Of a DNA stretch of 64,000 nt, positions 38,182 through 51,950 are shown piece after piece. The notes under the pieces were generated by a model. It searched no databases and was not told the DNA's origin. It saw only the letters and a list, made by a program, of their open reading frames with translations. Origin of the DNA: Camelus dromedarius (taxonomy: Eukaryota); assembly GCF_036321535.1 (NCBI RefSeq), contig NC_087438.1:12030001-12094000 (forward strand). Direction: 5' to 3'. The translations under genes were made by a program, and so were the position numbers. Numbering within the stretch: position 1 is the stretch's first letter; the number at the start of each line of letters is the position of its first letter.

Positions 38182-41100
38182 CATATACTTGCCTGCCTCC
38201 GTGAGCATTTATTTCTACTCTATCTCAGGCTAAAAAGCAAGAGAGAACCTAAATGTCTACTATAGCACAGAACAAAAATTAAAAGATAAGGAAATTGGCA
38301 AAGGGAAAATAAAGAACAGATGGTTACTCGGGTTTAAGGTTAGCCCACAAGAACTCAAACCGAGTTGCAATGCAAGAGGACGGCTGTAAATTTGGTCTGA
38401 GGTGACCTCTTGAGGGTCAGAGCCTCCTACATCCTCATCAGGAAGACCCCTCTTCACCCCGATGAGAGAAGAAGACAGACCAACAGTGAACATTCCTTGT
38501 CTTCTTACTATGAAAGGAATCAATCCGTGAAACAGAGCCGGCAAGTAAGGGAGCAGCAAATGTCACAGGCGACCCCCCAGCTCCCTCTGAGAGCCGCAGC
38601 GATGATCTGTGAAAGGTGAACCTCGGAGGGTGTCTATTTGTTTTTAATGCTTTTCACTGTTTGCCAAAAAGGAGCTCTAAGACAGGAAGCCAGGTGATTG
38701 GAAGTGTTACAGGGAGGAGCCAAGCACAGCCCGGTGATCACCCACGCTGTGAAATCTCGTGGGTAGCTAGAAGGTGCCGGCTTCGCCCGCCGGTCTGCCC
38801 ACTCCCCTGCCCCTGCGGGCACCCAGCACGGTGGCAGGGACAGCCCGACGACGCTCTAATTAAACAAGGGAGACAAAGCCATCCCCCCACTGCGCGGCCC
38901 TAACCAGCCTCCAACGGAAAACACACGTCCTCCTGGGAATCCCACCCGAGAGTTTCAGGGCCAAACTAACTCTCCAAACAACAGGCGACACCCGTGAAAA
39001 ACAGTGCAGGGAACAAGGGACAGGGTAACAGCAGATGTAATGAGCGGAGGGGACAGTTCCTCATTAAGCGCCCCCAATGCGCCACTCAACTTCTGTGTTT
39101 ATTACATTCAAGGCTGAACATCAACAATAAAAGAAAATGCCTCAACCACAAACCAGTCAACAAGCACAGGGAGTCTTGGACAGAGGAGGATCCACATTTC
39201 AATCAGATGAGAAGGGACCTCAAGGTAAAACTGCTTACAGATGACAGAGACATGTCTTCAGTTCCTCAGTTACCTGTTAACAGGTCTTTTAAAAGTGACC
39301 CCAACTCTGCAGGCGTCTACATCAGAACTTCGAATCTGGCTATTCTGATAAAGGAGAATGGGGGTTCCTTGGCAAAAGGCATTTTTTTGAAAAGCTTGGC
39401 AAAGGCACAATAGTGAGTCAAGACAATGTCCCGGGGACAGTGGGCACACTCAGTAACCACATAGCCCTGAAAACCAGTCTCCTTGGCCAGCAGTGATCAG
39501 ACTTGTCACCCCACTGCCTTCCCAGCACTAACCTTGATTCCTACTTGTATATTCGTTGGTGTGTTCATTTGTTTCTCATTTGCTCCCCCTGACGCCAAAT
39601 CGTAAAGCTCCACATGAGGTCACTACCTGGCCAATTGCAGGTGCTGGATAAATGCGTCTTTGATTGTTGCTCATTCCATATTTGTTGAATGAATGAGTCA
39701 ATTAATGTAATTAAATAATCATGCATGTAATTAACGTACTCCTTAATCATGAGCTCCCTACAGCACACTATCAGAACAGCAACAGCTTGCCAAAACGGAA
39801 AAAAATCACACACACGTGGGGAGCATGAAAATGTCTATAGTTTTTGGAGAACTTTTGAGAAGCAAAAACTTCTCATAACATGGATGGCCCTTGGACCTTG
39901 GCTTAGGTTAATTTGTATCTCTTTGAGGGAAGTCAGTCTGGCTCTCCGAACTTGCCACTGTGCTAAATAAAGCCCTGTTGCAATGATGTGGTTAATCAGG
40001 TCAAGGAGGATGGTGCTCTGGCCAATGCAGGCGCCTCATCCCCGGAGGGTGGTTCAGGTCTAAGCCACCATGTTCACACCCACAGCCAATATGTGCCTGG
40101 GCTTCTTTCTAGACATCTGGGAGTCCCTCTAACTAGAAGCCAAAGATCATCACTGATATTCCGGGGACGATACCCAAGAAGGGTTCTTTTGTTAACAGCC
40201 ACGCTTTTGAACGCCGCAGGCACGTGGCAAGCAATCACGGGCTCACAAAGCCTTAAGACCTACACCTGTCTGCACCAGCCAAGCTCCTAGGGGCAACATT
40301 AGAGCTGAAATCTTCAGTGATGTTATTAAAAGTCATAATTTCTAATGGAAATTATCAGTTTCCACTTTGATAAATGAAAGCTAGCATTCACTAACACATG
40401 TGGGTTAAAGAAACAGGAGAGCAGTTTACAGATCATGTGTTCCATTTCCACTGGATTATATTTTTTTTAATCTATTCTAATGAACTTAGAATTTGAGCCA
40501 AAAGTGAAACTCTACTGTAAATATCTTTAAATATTTAGATATCATTTATAAGAAAATGGTTAAAAGTTTATAGGTACCACTTTTTCATAAACTATGATAG
40601 TAAACTGGTTAAAGTCCCTCACTAAAACTTTCTGACATTACACACGACATAACAAGGCAAACTGTTGTTTTTAATTTACCCCAGTGGTATGTGGAAGTAA
40701 AATTCATAAAATGTACATGTACCAAGAAAATATATATTCATTTCTAAAAAGATGAGTCAACAGATGAAGTAAGGTTTCCACACGACAGTCAATACCCCAA
40801 GATATATCTATTCACAGTACGGGAATTGAACCGCAGGAGGAATTTCAGATAACGTCCCTTCCTCCAGCTTATGAGCCATTTCCTCCACTCACAAAGATGG
40901 ATTTGGATTTTATGCAACTCAAGAGCAACTGAGCCCAAAATGAGAGTCCACAAGGCCCTCTTCTGACTCCTGGTGACATTCCCCTCTCAGGGGACTGGGG
41001 CTGGACAAGTCTGCAGCAGCTGTGGTCCTCTGTCCTAAACCCTGCTGTTTGGATAGATAGCTTTGGTCTTACTTTTACACTTTATTTCCCATGAAAGCCT

Positions 41101-41611
41101 GAATTCTTTTAAACACTGGGTGCCTGCATGTTTTTAGTTTGTGAACACCCTGTGTTACACGTACCAGCGACAGGCGAGCTGGAAGAGACGAAGTCAACAG
41201 CTCCTTCCAAAAAAGTTTATTAACAGCAAAAGAGCCCTTAAGCTGTGTTTGATAACAAATGTAACTATTAAAGTGACCATGTGGATGTTATTTTAAAATA
41301 CCACCATGGTCTTGGTGGTATTTTAGCAAATTTTTAGCAAACTTATCAATCTGTAGTTCAGGAGCATATAAAAATATTTCCTTTTAATAATGAATGCATT
41401 TCCAAGTGACAAGAATTCTCCCTATGAAAGGTCTCCCAGGATGGAGTTACTCTCATTGTTTGAAAGAAGGTGGTGTTCTGTAAGTTGGATGGTAAACATC
41501 TTGTTTTGAGTAGATGTGGTCAAACATAAGCTATTACTCCTGAGAGTGGGAGAAAGTCTCCTTTTGTCAAAGCGACTGTTACAACCTCTGGTTCATTTGA
41601 CAGAAGGTAAG

Positions 41612-42412
41612 AAGAATGGCCATCATTAAAAAGTCCACAAATGATAAATGCTGGAGAGGGTGTGGAGAAAAGGGAACCCTCCTGCCCTGCTGGTAAGAAT
41701 GCAGTTTGGTGCAGCCATAATGAAAAGCATATGGAGATTCCATAAAAACTAAAACTAGAGTTACCCTATGATCCAACAATCCCACTCCTGGGCATATATC
41801 TGGAGAAAGCTCAAATTCAAAAAGATACATGCACCCCAGTGTTCAAAGCAGCACTATTTACAATAGCCAAGACATGGAAACAACCTAAATGTCCATTGAC
41901 AGATGACTGGATAAAGAAGTTGTCATATAGGTATACAATGGAATACTATTCAGCCATAAAAAATAAAATAAAATGGTGCCATTTGCAGCAACATGGATGG
42001 ACCTGGAGATCGTCATACTATGTGAAATAAGCCAGAAAGAGAAAGAAAAATATCCTATGATATCACTTATATATGGACTCTAAAAAAAATGACTCAAATG
42101 AACTTATTTACAAAACAGAAACAGACTCACAGATATAGAAAACAAACTTATGGTTACCAGTGGGGGAAGGGGGTGGGAAGGGATAAATTGGGAGTTTGGG
42201 ATTTGCAGATACTAACTGCTATATATAAAATAGACAAACAACAAGGTCCTACTGTGGAGCACAGGGAACTATATTCAATATCTTATAATTGCCTATAATG
42301 AAAAAGAATATGAATAGGAATATATATATGTATGTATCACTGAATCACTATACTGTACACCAGAAACTAACACAACATTGTAAACTGACTATACTTCAAT
42401 AAAAAAAAAAAA
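41612..42412 (+). mobile_element. Younger L1 3' end, same family as 28410-31590
   Basis: agaatggccatcattaaaaagtccacaaatgataaatgctggagaggg...ctaacacaacattgtaaactgactatacttcaataaaaaaa, closely paralleling ~30790-31590. Confidence 0.92.
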
Positions 42413-45400
42413 GAAGAAGAAGGGAGAGTGCAGTCTGGAGCACATGCCTGAAGCTCAAAGTGAGCTAGCAGTTTCTGAGGGGCCTGGCAATTCCTGGAGA
42501 GATCTAGACCCTCAAGATCCCCAAAGACTTGGTTAGATCAACTCAGTAGTGTCTCCATGCAGGCCTGTAAAATACGCGGGGCGAGCCTGCCCTCGGGAAG
42601 ACCATGACTCCGCCTTCCTAAGCCTCCCCGTGCTCACTGCTCTGACGCTGGGCGCTGTGCAGCTTTTAAAGGGGCTGCGTTGTCACCAGCTCACTGTGGG
42701 GCCTTGGGACGCAGCTTCTTCATCTACAAAACGAAGTGGTTAAACTGGAGTGAAGATTCCCAGCCTTTTGCTTCATCCACCATCAACAGGAAAGGTTTTA
42801 GCTGCTAACAAAATAAACAGCACGGCGGACTCGGTCAGACCTAGTGCAACTTGAACACAGAGATAAACCTCTTCACCAGCTGTCTGAAGTACTGAAAGCA
42901 GATCAGGACCTCCAAAGAACCAGGAAGCTCGGGGTCCTAGATGATTTTCCTTTTACTGTTAGGGTCCTCGGTGACTTTCACAGATTCATGCTATGGCTGA
43001 CACCTGCTGGTCTGGATGCCCATCCAGGGGCTCAGTGCCACGCAGATCAGCAAAACAAACAAAAGTGCCAGTGTGGCTTTTTGGAAGCCGACCAGCTGAC
43101 AGCAGCACCTACGTAGCATTCAGCTCCAAACCAGACCTAGAATGTAAACAGTGACACTCCTGACACGATGCATCCTGGCCTGTGACAAGTCAGGACACTA
43201 TTCGTTCTGAGCACTGTGCTAATGAGGTCAAGGAATGAATTCTCTTGGCCTTTCAGTTCAATTAAGCCCAGCCCAGCCTAGGATTGCAAGTTCCCGCACA
43301 GGCAGGTCAGCTGCCGGGCCTGCCACCCACCCCACAGGGCACGACTCAGCCAAGCCCATGGGAGCCAGCCAGGGCAGCCTCCCTGCACGATTCCTGGGGG
43401 TGCCACTCACGCACCTGTCTGTGCAAGTACCCCGTGGAGGCACGCGGAAGCCCTGTGTTCAGTTCCACCCACCTAGAGAATGGACCACCAGAGTCACAGG
43501 CAGCTTTTACCGGGCAAGTGGGCAAGCAAGGCAAAAAGAAATGCTTCAAGCTTGCCCTGAAGATCTAAAGCGCGAGCTATAATGACACAGCAGACAGGCC
43601 GACTCCTCACCTAAGTACTGGCAGTCATAAACCAATAGCTGGACCAACTACAGACCATCCACAAGAGACTGGGCACTGGGAGGATAGCCATCTGCTCAAA
43701 GGCAGCGCTGGAAGCAAGCGAGAAAGGAGGGTGAGGCTTCAAAATTCAAGGGAAAATTACTCCCAGCCCAGAATTCTAAACCAAGCCAAGCCAGCAATCA
43801 ACTGGCAGGGTGGGATAAAGATATTTTCTGCACCCAAGTTCTCAAAACATGTACTTCCTCTGCACTCTCTCAGCGCTGGCGGCTGTGCTCTCTCAAGACG
43901 GAAGAGTTCACCGAGAGAGTCCAGTAACAGAGAGAGCAGGCAGATGTGACAGCCGTAGAGCAAACACAGGAAAGCCTTAAACCATCGCGAATCATCTCCA
44001 GGAGGAGAAACGGGGGAGCTCCCTGTTCAGGCCGCTGACTCTCCTGACCCCGTTCTCAGCAGGGGTCCAGGGACCGAGGCCCCCACACCCGGGAGAGGGA
44101 TGACGACGCAGGCGTTCTGCGGGGATGGCAGGCCCAGGGGACAATCACACTAGACCAGAACAAGGGGGTGAGGACTCCAAGAGGGATGGCTCCCGGGGAA
44201 AGAGAGACACTGAAATGTGGGCCTGACAGGTTTGACCTTTATTGAAAGGAGCTTTCCAGAAATGCTAGAGTTAAAAAGATCAAATAGAAAAAAATGCTAA
44301 GAGTAACAGCAAAAAAGAGCTGTACAAGAAAGGGACTGTAAACGTGGGACTCTCCTTAGCTCCTGGATGAACGATGCTTACTTCATGACTGAACCCCAAA
44401 TTGTGACAGCATTAGAGCAGACAGAGGAGAAGGATGTGTATGTGAATTGGATGGGCGGGAAAAAATGATGATTGCTAAATCAAGAAGCGGCATTTTAAAA
44501 AATTTTGCAATCATGTGTGGCAATGGGTGTTGACTAGATTTATTGGGGTGATCATTCTGCAGTATCTACAGATACTGTCACTCTGTTGCACACCTGAAAC
44601 CAATACATGTCAGTTATACCTCAAAAAACTTTAAGAATGTAAATGTAAAATAAATGTAAAAAAAGGCACTTTAAGGATATTATTCAGAAAAGCTTAAACA
44701 GAGCCATAAGCAGAAAGTTTAACAACAGCTGCCCTGAGAAACAGGACTGGGAAGCGGGGAGACGTGGGATAAGAGACTGCTCTGTTTTCATTAAAAGTCT
44801 GGCAGAATTCACTGATCTAAGGGAGAGAGAAGAGAAAGGCGATGTTTTATTTTCATGTATAGTGTTCTCCACATTATGTACTATACATTCTGCAGTCGTA
44901 GCTTCATTTTTTTCTTTGACCAAAGTGGTATGCAACAAAGTTTTAGTAAGTTCTAAGAATGAGGAAAACAAACAGGCAGAAAAGTAAAATATCTTCAAAT
45001 TGTACAAGGTGCCATGAAAGATACAGGCAGATCTGAAACTGAAATTAACGCATAGGACCCACCGTGGGCGGGTGGGGGACGACCCCACTAAGGAGGTGCC
45101 TGTGAGACTGACGGCAGCAAAGGGGCCTTGGAGGAGACGATGCGAAGAGACAGAGCCTGGAGGTGGAAGGAGGGGCCTCAAGAGGCCAGAAAAAGCTGCA
45201 AACAGGGCTGGATGGCTTTAGCGATGAGCCAGAAGAGGGGCAGGATGGTCTGGGCTCTCCTGACACCCTCCTGTGTGCCTTCCATAAAGACACCACCATC
45301 TGGGCCAGCCCAACAGCCCAACCCCACCCAGGGAAGGGCAGAAGTGCTCCTTCAAAACGAGATGTCATTTTCCCAGATGCTAAATTGACCCAGGCTCACA

Positions 45401-45943
45401 TCCAAGCTACACTTCTTTCAGGTACACACTGTTCTACACCAGCGAGCGAGCTGGCAGCCAGCACAATGGGCAAGAGTCCACATGGCATTTTAACTGAAGA
45501 GAAAGAGCCATCCCATGTCAAAAGGGCCGACACAAAGGGAACTGAGCTATGATGAAGTGGGACCGCTTGACAGCTGGGAGAAACGCACACCCGGCTTTGG
45601 TCACTAACGCCTACAACGGCAAACACCGGCGGCAGGGCAGAGCTGTGGCTGGGGTCGAAATCTGACTTGTAAAAATTAACTTCTTTTCACAATAAAAGAA
45701 AATATAATCACTATTTTTGTTATTTGAATATATTATATATATTATATATTAAATTCAATAAAACAAAGCAGCTCTATCCAGCTATGTGGGAGGCAGCAGA
45801 TGTTTTAATTTGAGAAGTAAATTAACTTTGTCCTCCAGAAGACCGAGGGGCTAAGTCCTATAAAATCACGCTCTCATTCTATGGTGCAACCTCCCTCTGC
45901 AGGAGAGTCTAGTTTCCTGGGGGAAGGACATACAGGGGCCTGG

Positions 45944-46100
45944 CCCAGCTCTGCCACAACCTGTCATCTGGGGGCAAGTGACTCAATCACCCTGAGCCTC
46001 AATAGCCCCCTCTGCACAATGGGGCAACAATCCCCACTGGGTGTGTGAGAACCACATAATAACTCCCTCGAGTGCCCAGCAAAGCAGGAGCCCAATAAAC
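45944..46100 (+). mobile_element. MIR SINE
   Basis: cccagctctgccac...gggcaagtgactcaatcaccctgagcctcaa...ctctgcacaatgggg. Confidence 0.65.
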
Positions 46101-47295
46101 AGTCATTGTTAAAACAGCGGTCACTGCAGGAATCACGAAATGAAATCACAGGAAGTGTGTCCCAAAATTTGTCAAAAGAGGATTGGCCTGTTATATTTGA
46201 CAGCCAACGCAGTTTATCTAGAAACCCAGGGGGCCCACATGGCCACAGCGTGGGTGAGCTCTGTGTCATCTGAGTGTCTCTCTCCAGTGGAAGGTTCAGC
46301 CCACGTGTGGCAAGGACGGAGGTCCTTGCCCCGTGGATTCCAGCTCTTTCTCCGGTTCTAAGATGCCATCCGGAGCACACAAGTGGCCCCACCTCACTTA
46401 ACCTGTTTTCACTTAGGGAGGGCTGCCTTCATCCCCGAGACAAAAATACTTCCTTCCCAAATAAACTGAAAGCAGCAGAGAACAAAGAACCCTGGAAACA
46501 CCTACGAGCTGTATGCTTCCAAAAGCATGTCTGTAATGACATGTGGAAACATGGACACATGTGATCTCGCTTCTTTAGCAAATGGGAAACTTCCCCCAAA
46601 ATATTTACTGTTAAACTCATACAGTTTGGGGGGGCAGACCATAGTACTAAATGTGATACTATTCCATAAAAATATGCATCTTGAAAAATAACTGGTCTAT
46701 GAAGACAAAGCTGTAAGCATGGGACCCTGACACAGATGTATTCACTGAAGAAATAGCCAAACATAAACCCAAGAACACAACGTAACAGAGCGTTTCCCCC
46801 CAGACATTTGTGATTTCCTGACCCTCTTCCCCAAGAAAGCAACAGCCTGCCTCATCCTCCCGCGGCCTCCCCAGTCTCAGGAGATCATCCTCCCCCTTCT
46901 AAGGGAAATACACCTCCATGGGCAGGTGACTCCTGGCCACTTGTCCTCCAGGCGCACCCACCTTTCTCCCCGGCCCTCAGGTGTCAGAGGAGCCCATCCT
47001 CCCAGGACCCACCCAGGCATCTGCACGGTGGGGTTGGGGTGCAGAGAACGGCCTGGGATTGTACAGAAGGAGCGCACACAGAAACAACTAAAATGCAGCT
47101 TCTGACATTCAAAATCGGCCAGGTATTTCCTAAACTGCTTGAACTCCCACTGGCCAAGTCAGGAGCTGGCCTGAAGACCAAGTCCCAGAGGGGCCCAGGA
47201 GGACAGGGTGGGGAGTCTGGTCCCCCATGGAGCCTGAGTTATGCTGCTATAGCGGAAGGAGGCGGTGATGGGCTGGAAGGAAGGGAGCGTCCCTC

Positions 47296-47440
47296 TTTTC
47301 TTTTGGTTTGGTTTTTGGTGGGGGTGGGGTAGGAAGGTAACTAGCTTATTTATTTATTTTTTGTTTGATGGAGGGACTGGGAATTGAACCCAGGACCTTG
47401 ATTGCTAAGCACGTACTCTACCACTGAGCTATACCCTCCC
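47296..47440 (-). mobile_element. tRNA-derived SINE, camelid Vic-1 type
   Basis: Reverse strand gggagggtatagctcagtggtagagtacgtgcttagc...ggtcctgggttcaattcccagt...aaataaataaataagctagttacc plus A-rich tail. Confidence 0.88.
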
Positions 47441-47899
47441 TATAGCGGAGAACCCACTTCTGGAGTGGCTGGGAAAGCCAGCCCTGCAGACACCGCTCTC
47501 ACAAAGGCCAGGAAGGAGCATCTGCTGGTCGTGTCTGCGCTTGGCCCTCGGGAACACCGCCCTCTGGGATTCGCCGTGCTCTGACTCCCTGCCAAAGGTG
47601 CTTTTGGTTGCCCACCTTGGTAATGTCAGCTCCCTCAACACTCTCCCTAGGCTCTGCTCTCACAAGACCCAGCAAGGCTCCCTCGGGAACTTCACCACCC
47701 TAAAGCCTGCATCTCCAACACACCCAAATCCGCACTTCACTCCAACCCATCCCCTGAGCCTCGGCCCATATACCCAACCCTGCAGAGACTTATAACTTCA
47801 GCTGACGGCCCATGGGTTCAGCATACCCCCCGGCCAAAATTGCCATATCACTCTCCTCCCCCACTGCCCCAACCTGCTGTAACCCCAGTGGCCCTCATA

Positions 47900-48632
47900 T
47901 TGGTTAATACCAGACACCTGTCATTCACTCTCGGAAGCTGAGTCATTCCCCCACCTCTCACTCTCCTCCCACCCAAGAAATTACTCAATCCTCTCAATTT
48001 TACCTCCACAGTCTCCCCACCCCAATGCTTCTCCTCACCACCACGTGCTCCTGCAAGGGCGTCCTGCTCTGTCTCTGGCCCCAAGCTCTCGCTCCCCTAA
48101 TCTATCCAGGGGGCTGAGGGAAAGCCAACAAGCAGAATCTGGCACACTCACTGCATGGAGTTCTAAGCTAAAAGTAATGGTGTTCCCCCCTTGTTCACCC
48201 AGCCCCTGCCACACTGGACTCCATGTTGTTCTGCAAACACCCCAAGCCCACTCACCCCAGGGCCTTTGCACATCCTGTTCCCTCAGCCTGGAACATTCCA
48301 CTTCGGAGGTAGCTGTTTGGATCATTCCCTATCTTATTCTTCAGGCATCAGCTCATAGTCAGTCCTTTGAGAGGCCAGTACTGACCACCCCAAAAAACAG
48401 CACCTCCTTGCCCCTCCCTGTCTCTTGTCCCTGCCTGAGTCTTCTCCAAAGCACCCAGCTTCTCCTAGCATGTGTATGTGTTTGTTGTCTTTGTTTCACC
48501 ACTCCCACAATGAGAATATAACCTCCATGAGAAAGGGATCTTACTCTTTCTTGTCCATCATTACATCTTTAGCACCAAGAACAGTGTTGGCCACGCAGTA
48601 GACAATAAATATTTGTTGAATTTTTGAATGGA
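47900..48632 (+). mobile_element. L2 3' region
   Basis: ccccagggcctttgcacatcctgttccctcagcctggaaca...aacctccatgagaaagg...aataaatatttgttgaa. Confidence 0.75.
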
Positions 48633-48669
48633 GGTCTTGGAAGAAAGGGACTAATATAACGGCACTTAT

Positions 48670-49155
48670 TTTCTTTTGAATTGAAGTACAGTCAGTTTAC
48701 AATGGGTTAATTTCTGGTGGACAGCACAGTGACTCATGCACTCATTCATTTATATATATATATATGTATTCCTTTTCATATTCTTTTTCATTATAGGTTA
48801 TTACATGGTATTAAATATAGTTCCCAGCGCTATACAGTAGGACCTTGTTGTTTATCTGCTTTATATATAGTAGTGTGTACTTACAAACCCAGAACTGCCA
48901 ATTTATCCCTCCCCACCCCTTTTCCCCCTGGTAACCATAAGTTTGTTTTCTATGTCTGTGAGTCTGTCTCTGTCTTGTAAATAAGTTCATTCATGTTCTC
49001 TTTCTTTTAGATTCCACATATAAGTGAAATCGTATGGTATTTTTCCTTCTCTTTCTGGCTTCCTTCATTTAGTACGACGACCTCCAGGTCCGTCCATGTT
49101 GTTGTAAATTCTCAACAAAATATTAGCAAACAGAATCCAACAACACATTAAAAAG
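48670..49155 (-). mobile_element. L1 insertion with 5' inversion (twin priming)
   Basis: Minus-strand L1 3' end 48670-~49109 joined to a plus-strand ORF2 piece ~49106-49157. TSD a[c/t]ggcacttat at 48659-48669 and 49156-49166. Confidence 0.85.
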
Positions 49156-50950
49156 ATGGCACTTATATAAGGGTAATAAAGACTGCTTATTTGATACAGT
49201 CCAAATTCCTTAGCACAGTCCAATAGTAAATTCTTCAGAAATTGGCCCCAAAGTTTCTTTCCAACCTCACTTGTGGCTACTCCTTCCAGCACATAAAACC
49301 CCCTGCCCCACCCCTCCCATCTCATCCTGCCCCTCCCCCTCTATTTCTCCATCTATACAAATGAATATTTATGAGCACTACTGTGTACTCTGTTCAAGTT
49401 TCCGTGAGTTAGCTGTGCACCTAGCACATAATAGCTACTCAATACATATTAGTTCTTTCCCTCTTTTTACATACTGATCATCCTGTCTTTCCCCAATCTC
49501 TATATCCCTGTTTCCTGCCTAAGGAAATCCTATTGGTTCATCTTGGCCCATCTGTGATAATTTAGTGCTCACAGCATAACCTTAGAATTATTTGCTTACT
49601 AATCTGTCCCTCTCACCAGGGATCAGAATGTGTCTTAGTCATCGCTGTATTCCCAGCAGCTAGTAATGATACACCTCATTTATTTGTACTCATTTGGATC
49701 AATCAGGCAACTTAAAAACATTCATGCACAACAGGATAAAAAGGAAAAAAATAAGGGTAGCAAAGAGACTTTAAGGAAAAGTTATTACTCAAATAATGTG
49801 GCCATAAAATCGTGCAAAATCACTGAAGTTGAGCTTTGTGGTTATCACACTAGAGAAGAAAACCTGATGGGTTTCTAGAATAAGCATTAATCTGGTAAAA
49901 ACTGCCCTGTTTCTTAGGTCTTCAACCCGCAGTTCCTGGTGCTAAGGGGTAGAGAACCTTCCGTGGGGACTCGTGAAAGATTTCCTGTGTCTCAGAATGA
50001 ACACGAGGCCACCACGCAAGAAACGTTTGCTGAGTATAAACATTGCCCACAACTATTTTGAATGAAGTGAAGCCTTTCTATTTTGCAAGATCTTTCTAAA
50101 CCAGCCCTACCCAACCCAGGCTAGGGGAGTAGCCTCTAGTCCAGCCCAGTTCACAAAACCTTTTCTGAGCATCTGCAATGTTTCAGATTCCACGCTGGTT
50201 CCAGGCATCCAAGAATAATCATCCATAGTCCCCACTCCCCGTCCTACACTCCTCGTTCCCACTCAGCATGAGGCAGGCGAGTCTCCCCAAGCTGACCACA
50301 CCCAGTGCTCAGCCCCCATTTTCTTGGGTTTGTCTGATATGGGAAGCCCTCACTGCTAACTTTGCTTTTACAGCCACACCTTCTCTTTCAGGCCTATTCA
50401 GTAAGTTGCACAGAGCTTTCACCAACTATTCCCAACCCACCTGATACTCACTATTCCTAACCTGCAAAGCCCTGCAGAATGCGGCACACAATTTGGAAGT
50501 CTGGTGTGTTGTTTGAATCAGTTTGCTGAACCAGCCATGTCTCCCAAAGCAGAGTGTTAAGGTCTGAGAGATAAGCACAGACCTGGGACTTCTGGTCTAC
50601 CAGCTGGGCCCAGCACCACGTGGGCCTGAAGCAGACACTCAGCCACGGCTCCTGAGGCCCAGATGGAGCTGAGATCAGGTGGGGAACGTGAGCTGAACAG
50701 GCTAACAGCCTGCAAAAGACCCCTCTCAACTCGGAAACAGCCCTCTCCCACCATCATTATTTTCTGGTGAAATCATTAAGTGAGATTCTGTAATATTGGA
50801 AAATGTAAGCCCTAATTGTTGGTTCCCACATCTGTCTTCTATTATTCTTTAGAATGATCAAGTTTGAAAAAAAAAAAAAAAGAAAGAAAGAAACACTGAA
50901 TTTGGGGAAAGAGGATGTGGCTCACGGCCCAGGCCTGTGACCCAGGTTAG

Positions 50951-51152
50951 CACTGTGCTATCAAATACAGTAGCCACTAACTACATGTAGCTGTTTAAAC
51001 TGAAGTTTAAATTCAATAAAATTAAAAATACAGTTCCTGAGTCACACTAGCCTCACCTCATAAGCTCAAGAGCCGCGACAGGCTAGTTGTTACCACACCA
51101 GACAGCACACACGTGCAGTGTTGCCATCACTGCAAGCATCCTATTGAACAGG
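50951..51152. mobile_element. MER3/MER33-like hAT-Charlie element, inserted in MIR-like sequence
   Basis: ctgtgctatcaaatacagtagccactaactacatgtagctgtttaaa...cagttcctgagtcacactagcc...ctattgaacag. Confidence 0.7.
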
Positions 51153-51789
51153 TCAGAGTCATCTTTGATAATTCATTTAACTTCTATGGGACTGTTTCCT
51201 CTTGTGTTCAAAGGGAACACCTGCCTCACTGGCTGCTGTAAGATTTAAATGAGGTGCCAAATGCCAACATCCTTAATAATTTTAGTAGTTACAGTTTGAC
51301 TAAACCTGCATATACAGTTATATACACAGGTATAGTTTAATGAAGGTAGCAATCATTAACAGTAGTGGCTGCCAAAGGAGTTACTATCAAGAATACAGAA
51401 ATTCTACGTCAGGCCATGTGAATAGAAGGATGCAGTCCAGGACGACAGGGCAAACACACTCTGGTCAGACCATCTCATAAGGCTGCATTCGAGGAGGAAT
51501 AAAGATAAACTGAAGCATGTCCAGAAGAGTCCGGAAAACGGTGAGTGGAGGGAGCCCAGAACTTCTCGGCCGGGGACAAGAAGACTCAGTAAAAATGGGG
51601 ACAGAACGAATCTTGAAACAGACAAAGGATCATCCTATGGAGGGAGCCCAGATCTTGGGCAGCTGCACAGACAACCAAAAGGTGTGCTTAAGTCAGTGCA
51701 AGGAAAATATTCACTAGTCAGGGTTGTCCAGCAATGGGAAGGCTGCCTTCTGGAGAGGAGAGCTCGTGATCACAGAAAGTGCTCAAACG

Positions 51790-51950
51790 CAGCGGTTCTC
51801 AAATTTGAGTCACCTGGGGAGTTGGAGAAAATTCAGATGTTGAGCCCACACCTCTAGGGATTCTTGTAGGTGGAGGGTGGAGGGTGGAGCCCACCAACAA
51901 GCACCCAGGTGCTGGCCGTGATGAGACCGCTCTTTGCGGGGCGCTGCGCT
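51790..51950. mobile_element. MER5A-like fragment
   Basis: cagcggttctcaaattt...tcacctgggga...cagatg...aacaagcacccaggtg...gaccgctctttg. Confidence 0.55.
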
